DNA of 64,000 nucleotides from a virus (Duplodnaviria; Caudoviricetes): IMG/VR virus record IMGVR_UViG_3300007754_000008, positions 921 to 64,920 of that record; one strand, 5' to 3'. Shown piece by piece: positions 37,148 to 47,668 of this stretch (position 1 is its first letter; each line of letters starts with the position of its first letter). The notes under the pieces were generated by a model. It saw only the letters and a program-made list of their open reading frames with translations, ran no database searches and was not told where the DNA came from. The position numbers and the translations under genes were made by a program.

Positions 37148-37458
37148 TGGGAGACAAAGCATTAAGAGGAAATAAACTTACACGTGTAGGTTTTAAAGAA
37201 GGTCTATCTGTAAAACAGATTGATCCATTAGCCGCTCGTTTAACTGAAGCAGGCCACACTGGTGGGGCTAGTAAAAAGTTAACAAATTTAACATTTAAAA
37301 AATTTAAAAAAACGATTAGTAAAACACCAAATAAAATAATACCTAAAACTCAGAAAAAAAAGATAATAAAAGAACAAAAAAGTAAAAAAGATAAATTTGA
37401 ACAAAAAGGACATAAATGGATGTCTCCAATTAAATTAAGAAAAGGTGGAAAAGTATAA
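37147..37458 (+). CDS. Small basic protein ending in LRKGGKV
   Basis: RVGFKEG and RKGG motifs, K-rich. Confidence 0.7.
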   Translation: MGDKALRGNKLTRVGFKEGLSVKQIDPLAARLTEAGHTGGASKKLTNLTFKKFKKTISKTPNKIIPKTQKKKIIKEQKSKKDKFEQKGHKWMSPIKLRKGGKV

Positions 37459-38321
37459 TGGCAACAGAAACATCGATAACTAGACAGGCCCCCTATATTG
37501 AGGCCCTAGGTGAACAGTACGGAAAAGATTTAACGGCATTAACTGCCAAGAAAATGCCAACGGCAACCTATGCGCCAACGGTTGCAGGTCAAGATCCAGC
37601 TCAACAAGCAGCATATCAAATGGCTACAACACAAGGCCAAGGTATTGGAGCTTATCAACCGTACATAACACAAGCTGGAGCATATCAACAACAAGCTGCA
37701 GGGTTAACGGGACCGGGAGCAGGAACTGGAGTAGGATCAATTGCTTCTTATATGTCTCCTTATCAACAACAAGTTATAAATACAACATTAGCAGAATACG
37801 ATAAGCAAGCACAAAAAGGTATGACTGGAATTGGAACTCTTGCAGCTAAGTCTGGAAACTTAGGTGGAGGACGTGAAGGTGTAATGAGATCAGAATATCA
37901 AACACAATCAGATTTAAATAGAGCAATGTTAAATGCTCAAATGTTACAACAAGGTTTTGGCCAAGCTCAACAAGCAAGAGGAACAGCATTCGGTCAAGCA
38001 AGACAGTTAGGAGCAGATCAAATGCAAATGGCTGGCTTTGTACCAGGATTATATGGTCAAGATATTTCTAGATTAGGATCAGCGGGCGCGATCCAACAGG
38101 CTCAGACTCAAGCTACCCTAGATGCACAAAGAGAAGCAAATAGAATGGCAGCTTATGATCCTTATGAAAGACTAGGATATATGGGAGCAGGACTTGGAAA
38201 TATTCTAGGAGGAATGGGCGGCCAATATCAAACAACAATAAGACCTGACCCGACACCGTTGCAGAGTGCGTTAGGTATTTTATCAACAGGACTAGGAGCA
38301 TATCAAGCTTTTAAAAACTAA
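37458..38321 (+). CDS. Putative DNA-ejection (internal virion) protein
   Basis: Q/G/A-rich, YMSPYQQQVI, GGGREG, hydrophobic C-terminus. Confidence 0.7.
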   Translation: MATETSITRQAPYIEALGEQYGKDLTALTAKKMPTATYAPTVAGQDPAQQAAYQMATTQGQGIGAYQPYITQAGAYQQQAAGLTGPGAGTGVGSIASYMSPYQQQVINTTLAEYDKQAQKGMTGIGTLAAKSGNLGGGREGVMRSEYQTQSDLNRAMLNAQMLQQGFGQAQQARGTAFGQARQLGADQMQMAGFVPGLYGQDISRLGSAGAIQQAQTQATLDAQREANRMAAYDPYERLGYMGAGLGNILGGMGGQYQTTIRPDPTPLQSALGILSTGLGAYQAFKN

Positions 38322-39241
38322 TGAGTAGAATATTTTACAGACCTATGTTTAGAACTGGAGGAAGCTCCAATGAAGGTATTACATCTGGATTAAGATCTGG
38401 ATATAATAGTGGAGGTCCAGCTAAACTTCAAAAAATTTTATCACTTATGGATTCGTATGCACCTGAACCAGAACTTCCTAAAAGTACAGCAGGTTCAGAT
38501 TTTTTAATTGATTTTGGTTTAGATTTAGCAAGCAGAAGTCCGCAAGGAAACATAATTCAAACTGCAGCTATGTCAGCAAGAGAACCTTTTGACAGAATGC
38601 GAAAAACAAGAATGACAGAGAAAGCTATGGAGTATCAACAAGGAGCAGACCGAAGAAAATTAATAGGGGATTTAGCTTCTGATTTGTTTGATGATAAAAC
38701 TTTAAGTGAGATAGATAGAAAAGTTGATCTATGGAAAAATTCTCATAAACCTTTAGAGGGTGAATCTGATAGCGATTATAATGATAGAGCTTACAAAGAA
38801 GTGTGGGAAACATTTGAATTTAGTAAGTCAGGACATGTAAGACCTGAAGAAAAATATCAAAATGAAATAGACATGCAAGTCAATATATTAGCTGACAGTA
38901 TTAGAAAACCTCCAGGTGAAGTAATTAGAAAAGTTGCTGAACATAAACATAAGATATCACAGAGTCTATATCCTGAATCTATACAAGCTCAAATTGTAAC
39001 TGGAAGAAACAGTTGGATAAATCATAGTCCAACGGCAGGAGACATAGATATCAGTGCTAAACCTGTAACAAATGACGAAGGTCAAATTACTATGTACAAA
39101 ATAAAAGATGAAATGATTCCATTCTGGAAAATGGATAATGGTGGTCTTACATATGATTATAAAACAGGTAATCTATATAGAATTAGAATTACAGAAACAG
39201 ATGCATTTTTTGAATTAGTACCGGATCCTGATAAAGAGTAG
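38321..39241 (+). CDS. Putative internal virion protein
   Basis: MSRIFYRPMFRTGG...GITSGL, GYNSGG; located in ejection block. Confidence 0.7.
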   Translation: MSRIFYRPMFRTGGSSNEGITSGLRSGYNSGGPAKLQKILSLMDSYAPEPELPKSTAGSDFLIDFGLDLASRSPQGNIIQTAAMSAREPFDRMRKTRMTEKAMEYQQGADRRKLIGDLASDLFDDKTLSEIDRKVDLWKNSHKPLEGESDSDYNDRAYKEVWETFEFSKSGHVRPEEKYQNEIDMQVNILADSIRKPPGEVIRKVAEHKHKISQSLYPESIQAQIVTGRNSWINHSPTAGDIDISAKPVTNDEGQITMYKIKDEMIPFWKMDNGGLTYDYKTGNLYRIRITETDAFFELVPDPDKE

Positions 39242-39249
39242 GAGGTACC

Positions 39250-42200
39250 ATGGTATTTGGATTTGACCCTAGAAAACTTGTCGAAGAGCAAAAAAAACTA
39301 GAGCAAGAAAAAGAAAATGATGCTGTTAAGAAACAACAGTTGGAAGATCAAAAACGTATTGATAAAGAAAATAGTTTAAGAAGAAATAGTAATTTAAAAG
39401 ACGGTTTAGACTCTGCTACTAGAGCCATTCGTGAATTTAGATTTTTAAAAAATCATGGTGAAGATGCATACTATGATGCTAAAAAATCTGTAGATCCGAA
39501 CTATAGAGATCCTAGAGACTATACTGACGCAGAAAATAAAGAATACTATCGAGGTGAATTTAAAAAAATGGAAGGCCTTTTCGAAGGTGTTACCATGGAT
39601 TGGAAAACTTTAGATACCATATGGCCAGAAGATTTAAATGAAAATCAAAAAAGATTATTAAGTAAAAAATATAAAACTGTAGGACAGGAATATGGAGAGA
39701 CTGATAAATCAGAAGATCATTATTCAAATCAAATTGTTCTAGCCAGCACTAAATCACAACCAGAAGATTTAAAACCAAAAATAAAATGGGAAAGCTCAGG
39801 AAGAGCAGATGATCCTTTTGAAAATGAAGTAGGTATTTCTGAATCTATTTTAGGAGCCGTAGTATCAGGGGGAATAAAAATTCCTTATGGATGGGCGAAC
39901 TTAAGTGCAATGTTAATGGACTGGGCAGATAAAGAGGATGTACCTTTTGATCAAAGTCGAGTTGCTAAATTAGAAAGATGGTTTGACAATACGATGTTTG
40001 GTACTGTTATGGCGTGGGGAGAAGACAGAGCAAGAGAAAGTGCTATTGGACACATCACAGAAGCTATGGTTCAAATGTACGGAAACTGGAAAGCAGTGGG
40101 AAAAAATGCTGTAAATGTTACTGATAAAGCTATTCAAATGGCTACTAAAGCTATTAAAGGAGTTAAAAGTGGTAAGTATGTAAGAACTGCCAAAAATGGA
40201 AACTTATATGAAGCTGCTAAAACAACTAAGAGATTAAATAGTATTGGAACTGGAGCAAGAAAATTTACTGCAGTAGCTATAGGTGGTGGAGTAGCCGGAG
40301 CTTTAGTTTATGACACAGAAGATATTGGAACTTTTGGAGATTGGTTTTTTGATAAAGGAGAATACACAGCTTTAGATAGAAAAAAAAGAGGAGGTTCTAA
40401 AGAAGAAGCAACTCGTATGCTTTATAATAAACTAAAGTTTGGAGGAGAAATGGGATTTCCGATTATTCCAGCTATCTTTGGGTTAGGTAAACTAGGAAAG
40501 ATTATTTATTATGGAGATAAATATAATGCTTACAGTAATAAATGGACTGAAAGATTTATTGATAAACATTTAGCTAAAAGATTTAGAGCAAGAAATCAAA
40601 ACCCCTCAGAAATATTTGAAGCAGGTCAAAGAATGACAGGAAAAGAAATGTCTTCTCAATTATTAGCTAATGATTATTTAAAATCTTTAGATCAAGTAAC
40701 CAAAAGAATTTCTAAGTATACTCAAAAGGCATCTAATGCTTCTGGAATGACAGATGAATTATCTTCATGGATTGTTAACACAATTAGAAGTGGTAACTTA
40801 GGAGTTAAAAATGGAAAAGTTGTAGTAACCGGTTATAAAAAAGAAACATTAAATAAAATGATGAAGTCTTTAACTAAAGACTTAAAAGTAAAACCAGATG
40901 ATGCAGTTGCTTTAATCGATGAACTTATAAAAGTTAATGGAAGCTGGGCTGAATTTCTAAACACTATTTTTAAAGGTGGTAATGTTACTACTAAAACTTT
41001 AACAGAGTTTGTAGAGCATATGTCTAGTAGAATAAGAAATAATTTAACTACTCAATATAGAATTTTTAATGACAAAGGAGTCAGAGTTTTAAACGAATAT
41101 GCACCATCTGCTGACGTTAAAAAAGAAGTAGCTCAAATCTTTATGAAGAATGCATCTAATAGTAAAACACTTCATAAATTAACAAAAAATCAAGCTGATG
41201 AAATTGTTAATCTTATTATTAAAAACGTAGAGTTAGATCCTATGACCGCTAAACCTGTGTTTAAGTGGCCAACTTATGATCCTTTATCCGATAAGAAAAT
41301 GATTACTAAAAATTTATCTGAAAATATTACAGGCGGAGGAAAATTTAAACCAGATAAAGAAGGTGGATTAATACAAACTAAATCAGATCTTGCAGCATTT
41401 AATAAATTGTTTGGTAGTTATGAACAAGCAAATAATGTAATTGCCAATGTAACCACGGACCTTGCGGGAATTGCCGCTAGAGATAGATTTTATAATAAAC
41501 TTGCAGATGACTCTAGAAGATTAGAAAAAATGGGAGAGCCCGCTTTAGTTTATGACGATCCTTTAAAAGCTAGTAAAGCATTTAATAGTGCAGTCTCGGG
41601 TGAAAAAATTATAAACACTCCTTTAAAACTTCCTCAAAGTTTAGCTGAAGAAGTATACACTGTTCCATTAAATGGAATGTGGACTACAGAAAATATTGCA
41701 CATGGATTAAAATATGGAGCAGAAGTTTCTTTATCAAGAAAGAATATGCCTATGTGGTATCAGATAGGAGTAATGATTCCGAAAGGATTAGTTCAAGCAG
41801 GTAAAACAGTCTTCGGTCCTTTTACTCACACAAGAAACTTTACATCAGGAGCAGTTACAACTATTGCAACAGGTAATATTGCTATCCCGCCTACTGAAAT
41901 AATTAAAGCATGGCGAACAGCTTATAGATCTATTCAACCACAAATATTAGGAAAGAATAGACCTGGATTAAAGGTAGCTGTCGATACGTCCATGTCAGGT
42001 AAATTTAGACCAGGAGCTAACACTACTGACCCAAATAAATTAATACCGGCCACTGAATTTGTAGAAGAAGGGGGTCAATCTTTATATAGATTTTTACTTG
42101 ACGAAGGAATGGTTAACGCCAGTGCAACTTACAGAGACTTAATGGGTCTAATTGATGACACATCTAAAGCAGGATTCTTTGACAAGGTTGGTAAAGTTAT

Positions 42201-43881
42201 GGATGCTAAACTTCTTAAATACTTTAAAAAATTTGGAAGAAAGATGCAAGAATTGTACGTAGCAGAAGATGATGTCTGGAAAATATTTAACTTTGCGGCA
42301 GAATCTTATCGTATAAGAAGAGCTTATTCTAATGCATTAAAAGCAGGTAAAATTAAAATTAAAGATGTACCAGGTGGTAGTTTAGAGTCGGTAGATATAT
42401 TAAAGATGGCAACTAAAAATGTTAGAGATATGTTGCCTAACTATAACTACGTATCAGAATTTGTACAAGGTTTTAGAAGAGCACCTTTATCTAATTTCGT
42501 ATCTTGGCCTTCAGAAATTATAAGGGGTAGCACTAACATGTTACTTAAAGCTAGATCGGAAATTAAAGATCCAATTTTAAGAAGAATGGGTTGGGAAAGA
42601 ATGGGCGGAATGATTACCGCTTGGGCAACCTTACCTCCTCTTGCAGTGTGGGGATTCTCACAGCTATATGGATTTACTAAAGAAAAAATGAATGCTTTAA
42701 GAGAATTTTTACCATGGTTCTCAGAAGACTCTACCATTTTACCTGTCTATGTAGATGGTCAATATAAATATATAGATTTTAGTAGAGCTTATTTCTATGA
42801 CACTATCATTAATCCGGCTCAAGCAATTCTTACTGAAGTAGGAAGAGACACGGACCACGAAGCTTTAATTCCTAAACTAATTGATGGTTTTGGAAAAGCT
42901 TCAGCAAGAATGGTAGAACCTTATATTGCTCCAGCAATTTGGGTAGAAGGTATACTAGATATATTTGCAAGAGGTGGTGAAACAGAAGGTGGCTCACAAG
43001 TTTTTAACCCAAGAGATACTTTTGGAAATCAACTTCAAGATACTATTATGTATTTATCTAAAAAATATTCACCAGGTTCTATTCAACAGGTTAACAGACT
43101 TTATTCAGCTGTAATGGATAAAACATTAGATGGTATACAATATGAAATACCAGATGAAGTATTAGGATTTATAGGAGGAAGACCTGCACCTTTAAATCTT
43201 AGAAAATCTATGAACGTTTTTATTAATGAATTTTTATTAGGAAATACTAGAAATGAAAGAAATTTATTTTTAAAAACAGAATACAGAACAGGAGATCCGG
43301 TTAATCAAGATGATTTAATTAGATCTTTTATGTTAGCTAACCAACAAAAGTATGAAAGTATGAGTACAATGAGAAGAAAAATAGATGCATTAAAATTATT
43401 AGGTTGGAACGATGAAAAAATTGAAGAACTGTTTGATCGAAGAGGAAAAAGAAAAATTTATCAATCATTAATGAACAATGAATTTATTCCGTTTGCTGTA
43501 ACTGATAATGCTATAAAAGGATTTGAAAATTTAGTATTAGATCAGATGGAAAAAGGATTAGAATTTAAAAATCCTATTGATGATCGTTTACTAGAACAAA
43601 TAGATTTAATGAGACAAATGATGTCGGGTAAAGCTTTAAATCAAGATTGGAATTTAAAAGTAGATCCATTCTTATTTAATAAACCAAAAAAAGAAGATAA
43701 ACCTACAGGTACTATAAAATGGGAACAGGCTAAAATTAAAACGCCACCATTACCACAAACACCTCAACCCGTGGTAAATAATGCACAAATGGCAAGCGCA
43801 AAAGATCCAATTACTAACTTGACACGGACAGAACAGGCACTACTATCACCATCAGAAAAAATTATTGCTGGGAGAACATAA
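39250..43881 (+). CDS. Large internal virion/ejection protein
   Basis: 1543 aa helical protein, last gene of the structural block, as in podoviral ejection proteins. Confidence 0.7.
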   Translation: MVFGFDPRKLVEEQKKLEQEKENDAVKKQQLEDQKRIDKENSLRRNSNLKDGLDSATRAIREFRFLKNHGEDAYYDAKKSVDPNYRDPRDYTDAENKEYYRGEFKKMEGLFEGVTMDWKTLDTIWPEDLNENQKRLLSKKYKTVGQEYGETDKSEDHYSNQIVLASTKSQPEDLKPKIKWESSGRADDPFENEVGISESILGAVVSGGIKIPYGWANLSAMLMDWADKEDVPFDQSRVAKLERWFDNTMFGTVMAWGEDRARESAIGHITEAMVQMYGNWKAVGKNAVNVTDKAIQMATKAIKGVKSGKYVRTAKNGNLYEAAKTTKRLNSIGTGARKFTAVAIGGGVAGALVYDTEDIGTFGDWFFDKGEYTALDRKKRGGSKEEATRMLYNKLKFGGEMGFPIIPAIFGLGKLGKIIYYGDKYNAYSNKWTERFIDKHLAKRFRARNQNPSEIFEAGQRMTGKEMSSQLLANDYLKSLDQVTKRISKYTQKASNASGMTDELSSWIVNTIRSGNLGVKNGKVVVTGYKKETLNKMMKSLTKDLKVKPDDAVALIDELIKVNGSWAEFLNTIFKGGNVTTKTLTEFVEHMSSRIRNNLTTQYRIFNDKGVRVLNEYAPSADVKKEVAQIFMKNASNSKTLHKLTKNQADEIVNLIIKNVELDPMTAKPVFKWPTYDPLSDKKMITKNLSENITGGGKFKPDKEGGLIQTKSDLAAFNKLFGSYEQANNVIANVTTDLAGIAARDRFYNKLADDSRRLEKMGEPALVYDDPLKASKAFNSAVSGEKIINTPLKLPQSLAEEVYTVPLNGMWTTENIAHGLKYGAEVSLSRKNMPMWYQIGVMIPKGLVQAGKTVFGPFTHTRNFTSGAVTTIATGNIAIPPTEIIKAWRTAYRSIQPQILGKNRPGLKVAVDTSMSGKFRPGANTTDPNKLIPATEFVEEGGQSLYRFLLDEGMVNASATYRDLMGLIDDTSKAGFFDKVGKVMDAKLLKYFKKFGRKMQELYVAEDDVWKIFNFAAESYRIRRAYSNALKAGKIKIKDVPGGSLESVDILKMATKNVRDMLPNYNYVSEFVQGFRRAPLSNFVSWPSEIIRGSTNMLLKARSEIKDPILRRMGWERMGGMITAWATLPPLAVWGFSQLYGFTKEKMNALREFLPWFSEDSTILPVYVDGQYKYIDFSRAYFYDTIINPAQAILTEVGRDTDHEALIPKLIDGFGKASARMVEPYIAPAIWVEGILDIFARGGETEGGSQVFNPRDTFGNQLQDTIMYLSKKYSPGSIQQVNRLYSAVMDKTLDGIQYEIPDEVLGFIGGRPAPLNLRKSMNVFINEFLLGNTRNERNLFLKTEYRTGDPVNQDDLIRSFMLANQQKYESMSTMRRKIDALKLLGWNDEKIEELFDRRGKRKIYQSLMNNEFIPFAVTDNAIKGFENLVLDQMEKGLEFKNPIDDRLLEQIDLMRQMMSGKALNQDWNLKVDPFLFNKPKKEDKPTGTIKWEQAKIKTPPLPQTPQPVVNNAQMASAKDPITNLTRTEQALLSPSEKIIAGRT

Positions 43882-43886
43882 TAATC

Positions 43887-44372
43887 ATGCAACTAAGTAA
43901 ACACTTCAAACTTGAAGAGATGACCAAGTCAATGACCGCCACTCGTAAGGGGATAGATAATTCTCCAGGAGCTGGTGATATTAAAAATTTAGAGAACGTA
44001 TGTTATGAAATATTGGAACCGGTTCGTGCCCATTTTGACCGCCCAATTACGGTGACCTCGGGATATCGCAGCGAGGCGCTGTGTGAGGCGATCGGCAGCA
44101 AAAAAACGTCGCAACATGCAAAAGGCCAAGCGGTTGACTTTGAAATTGGTGGTGTTCCAAACATTAAGATTGCTTATTGGCTACAAAATAACGTAGATTT
44201 TGATCAATTGATACTCGAGTTTTACAAAAAAGATGATCCAGCAGGCGGCTGGGTGCATGTCAGCTATAATGAAAAAGGATCTAACAGAAAACAAGTTCTT
44301 ACTTATGACGGTAAATCTTACGAAAATGGCCTTCCAGACATGAAATGGTCAGGTGGAAAAGTTGTAGGGTAA
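43887..44372 (+). CDS. Peptidase M15A family (candidate endolysin)
   Basis: LSKHF, SGYRS, SQH..GQAVD, WVHVS. Confidence 0.9.
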   Translation: MQLSKHFKLEEMTKSMTATRKGIDNSPGAGDIKNLENVCYEILEPVRAHFDRPITVTSGYRSEALCEAIGSKKTSQHAKGQAVDFEIGGVPNIKIAYWLQNNVDFDQLILEFYKKDDPAGGWVHVSYNEKGSNRKQVLTYDGKSYENGLPDMKWSGGKVVG

Positions 44373-44460
44373 GTATTGCATTTCTTATAAAAACCATTAT
44401 ATAAGGCTTATAGGTGCCTTTACGGGCCTATTTTATTAACTGTCTAAACAAGGAGGTTAC

Positions 44461-44913
44461 ATGACACTCAATAAATTACCATCAATCTTTAATCAATTAA
44501 GACCTGTCTCGATAGGCTTCGATAATATCTTCGATCATTTTGAAAGAATGTTTGACGATAGTGACGAATTCTTTCGTAAACCTACAGCTGCATTTCCTTT
44601 TTACAATATTGTAAAAACTGGAGACACAACTTACAATATAGAAGTTGCACTTGCGGGTTATACTAAAAAGGATATCCAAGTCGATTATGCAGACAACTTA
44701 TTGACTATTAAATCCGTTAAGGAAGAGAAAGATAGCGAAGAATCTAATGGAGTAATCCATAAAGGTATTGCTAAAAGATATTTCTCTAAGGTATTTACCA
44801 TCGCCGATGATGTAGAAATCAAAGGTGCTGAGTTAAAAGACGGATTACTGAAAGTATCTTTAAATAAGATTCTTCCAGAGTCTAAAAAGTCAAGATCAAT
44901 CGAAGTAAAATAG
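44461..44913 (+). CDS. hsp20: Small heat-shock protein (Hsp20/IbpA-like)
   Basis: IGFD, FPFYNI, EVALAGY, HKGIAKR.F, AELKDGLL. Confidence 0.92.
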   Translation: MTLNKLPSIFNQLRPVSIGFDNIFDHFERMFDDSDEFFRKPTAAFPFYNIVKTGDTTYNIEVALAGYTKKDIQVDYADNLLTIKSVKEEKDSEESNGVIHKGIAKRYFSKVFTIADDVEIKGAELKDGLLKVSLNKILPESKKSRSIEVK

Positions 44914-44951
44914 GGATTTAAAATTTCTGCGCGCCTCGCGTGTATATCCTA

Positions 44952-46382
44952 CTAAATCCATGATTTAAGGTCTTCACCGAGAACTTCTGAAGCTATATTT
45001 ATCTTCTTTCGCAGAGATTTTACAATCTTTTCATCTACTGTTTCTTCGGCATTAATATCTACATAGGTCACTGATTTTTTTTGACCAATTCGGTGTGCAC
45101 GGTCTTCTGACTGTAAACGCTTCTCTAGGTCATATCCGTTAGAATAGTAAATTACAGTGTTTGCAGCCGTTAAAGTAATCCCATAGCCACCCGTAGCTGG
45201 CGTTCCAACGATAAACCGACACTTAGGGTCGTCTTGAAATTTCTTAATATTATCTTGTCTTTCATCTTGTGGCGTTAATCCATAATAGTCGACCACGGAA
45301 CATGGACCATGGATCTTAACAACTTCTTTAATAATGTCTTTTATATCCCATTGATAATGGGCCCATATAATAGCTTTGCCTTCTACTTCATCTAAAATAT
45401 CCATTAATTCACTAATTCTATTATTAGGAATTCTTTGAGTAGTGCCATCATCTGCAGTAAAATGACCACATGTAATTTGTTGAAGTCTCATTAATTGAGT
45501 TAAAGCATTAACAGTTGTAACTTGTTTTCCATTTAAGGTAGCAAGTGCTTCTTTTCGCATTTGTTCATAAAGTCTTAATTGCTCACTACTTAATTTAATT
45601 TGTCTTTTCATATAAATTTTATCTGGTAAATCCAAGCAGTCTTCTTTTAAAACACGATAAGAAAACGGTTTTAATTTATCAGATAATTCGCCTAAATTTT
45701 TAAATCCATGCACTAATTGTATTTGTCGACCTGAAATATTAGCTGTCTTCATAATGGCATAACGCATTCTAAACGAATAATAAGATTCATGCCCTAAATG
45801 AAAAGGATCTAAAAAATAACATTGACTAAATAAATCTAATGGGTTTTTAGTAACAGGAGAACCTGTAAGGATTCTTCTATATTTAGATAACATACTTAAT
45901 GTAATAATATTTTTAGTTCTTTTAGCTTTTGGGTTTTTAATAGTAGTAGATTCATCTATTGCCATTAAAGTATTATGGGAATTTAAAAATTTTGTTGCAA
46001 ATTCAACACCTTTAGCTGTAGATAAAGCTTCAACATTCATAACTAGAATATGAAGTTTTTCTCCTGTTTCAAATAATGTATTTAATTTCTCTTGCTGTTT
46101 TTTATTAATGTTTGATTGCCATAAAATAGCCACATTTTCTACGTGATCAGGAAGATGAGTAGGAATTTCTTGATTATACCAAGTTCCTATCACACCTTTA
46201 GGTGCAATAATTAAAGCGCCATCTACTTTACCTTTGTCATAAAGCATAGCTAAATTATCTATTAGTACTTTTGTTTTACCTGTACCCATTTCCATGAAAT
46301 AAGCATAGGTTTCTCTATTCCATGACTTTTCTAACGCAGTCATTTGATGCGCGTATGGTTTTGTCTTAAATTTATAATTCAT
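44952..46382 (-). CDS. SNF2-family (SF2) helicase
   Basis: MEMGTGKT, IDES, LTGSP, GGYGITL, QSEDRAHRIGQ. Confidence 0.93.
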   Translation of the reverse strand: MNYKFKTKPYAHQMTALEKSWNRETYAYFMEMGTGKTKVLIDNLAMLYDKGKVDGALIIAPKGVIGTWYNQEIPTHLPDHVENVAILWQSNINKKQQEKLNTLFETGEKLHILVMNVEALSTAKGVEFATKFLNSHNTLMAIDESTTIKNPKAKRTKNIITLSMLSKYRRILTGSPVTKNPLDLFSQCYFLDPFHLGHESYYSFRMRYAIMKTANISGRQIQLVHGFKNLGELSDKLKPFSYRVLKEDCLDLPDKIYMKRQIKLSSEQLRLYEQMRKEALATLNGKQVTTVNALTQLMRLQQITCGHFTADDGTTQRIPNNRISELMDILDEVEGKAIIWAHYQWDIKDIIKEVVKIHGPCSVVDYYGLTPQDERQDNIKKFQDDPKCRFIVGTPATGGYGITLTAANTVIYYSNGYDLEKRLQSEDRAHRIGQKKSVTYVDINAEETVDEKIVKSLRKKINIASEVLGEDLKSWI

Positions 46383-46401
46383 AATTTTTATTTTTTCTTT
46401 C

Positions 46402-46438
46402 TTGACTTCTATATATACATGACTATATTGTTTGTCAA
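46402..46438. promoter_or_regulatory. Overlapping divergent sigma70-type promoters
   Basis: Plus: TTGACT(46402)-N16-TATATT; minus: TTGACA(46438-46433)-N17-TATATA; between the divergent helicase gene and the replication operon. Confidence 0.65.
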
Positions 46439-46857
46439 TGAGAAAGATACAACAAGATGTTTTTAGTAGTTTAAAATGTGGACCCGCTCCAGATCAATAT
46501 GATCCGGAGGCAGTAGTTTACGTTATTCAAGAAATACCTGGCACGAAAGAAGGAAGACCTAAAATAAATATTATGGGTGCAGCAGGATATGGAAAATTAA
46601 AATTTTTATTACCCGAGCTTTCACAAATTATTTTTTCTCCTGGTCCTTTAATTTATAAATTAAGACAAGGACTTAAAAATTTTTCTAAACAAGATTATTT
46701 ATTATTGACTGGAGATCCAGCTATAATTGGAGTAGCTTGTTCTATCGTTTCAGAAAATACAAATGGAAAATACAATTTATTAAAATGGGATAAACAAGAA
46801 AGAAAATATTATCCTATTGAAATTAATTTACATGAGAAAGGAGAAATTGATGAATAG
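46438..46857 (+). CDS. Hypothetical protein of the replication module
   Basis: ATG 46438; DYLLLTGDP motif. Confidence 0.75.
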   Translation: MRKIQQDVFSSLKCGPAPDQYDPEAVVYVIQEIPGTKEGRPKINIMGAAGYGKLKFLLPELSQIIFSPGPLIYKLRQGLKNFSKQDYLLLTGDPAIIGVACSIVSENTNGKYNLLKWDKQERKYYPIEINLHEKGEIDE

Positions 46858-47119
46858 AGGATATATATTAAAAGAAAGATTAAAAGCTACAGAAAAATGG
46901 ATTGAATATTTTTTAGATGTAGAAAAAAACAGATCAATTTCTAGAAGAGCTCTTAAAGCTCTTAACAAAGATAAGCCTTTTTTAGGATTTATTTTTGGAA
47001 CTGTATACCTGCCTACTAGAATTTGGAATTTTATTTCTGATATAATTTGGTGGAATAGATATCGTAAAGCATGTAAAGAAATAGAAATTATAAGAAAGGA
47101 ATTAAAAAGTTATGAGTAA
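46850..47119 (+). CDS. Hypothetical protein
   Basis: ATG 46850 after AAAGGAG. Confidence 0.6.
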   Translation: MNRGYILKERLKATEKWIEYFLDVEKNRSISRRALKALNKDKPFLGFIFGTVYLPTRIWNFISDIIWWNRYRKACKEIEIIRKELKSYE

Positions 47120-47666
47120 TATTGATTTTGAAAAAGACCAACAAGATGCAATGAAAAAAACTGATAATATTCAGTCACTTGCAGACCAAGTTGAAAGATT
47201 AGAGGCTTTACAAGTTAGACTTGATTTACAAGAAGAGAATATAAAAAATACTAAAAAAGAATTAGAACATTTATCTGGAGAAGTTGTTCCAACTATGATG
47301 GCTGAGATGGGTTTAGCTCATCTTAAACTTATGGATGGATCTTCAATAGATGTTAAGCCGCATTACAGCGCAAATATAACTGTAGCAAATAAAGAGGCGG
47401 CTTTTAACTGGCTTCGTAATAATGGATTAGGTGATATTATAAAGAATGAAATTTCTGTATCATTTGGTCGTAACGAAGATACAAGGGCGGCAGATTATGC
47501 TGACCTTGCGAAGAGTCATGGGTTTCAACCGACACAAAAGTTGAAGGTGGAACCTATGACTCTGAAAGCGCTAGTCCGTGAGCGTATTGAGGCAGGTAAA
47601 GACATGCCAACGGAACTTTTCAACATATTTGTTGGAAATAAAACAACAATAAAAAGGAAACAATAA
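47112..47666 (+). CDS. Conserved phage replication-module protein
   Basis: Coiled coil, then AFNWLRNNGLGDIIK and VEPMTLKALVRE. Confidence 0.75.
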   Translation: MSNIDFEKDQQDAMKKTDNIQSLADQVERLEALQVRLDLQEENIKNTKKELEHLSGEVVPTMMAEMGLAHLKLMDGSSIDVKPHYSANITVANKEAAFNWLRNNGLGDIIKNEISVSFGRNEDTRAADYADLAKSHGFQPTQKLKVEPMTLKALVRERIEAGKDMPTELFNIFVGNKTTIKRKQ

Positions 47667-47668
47667 CT

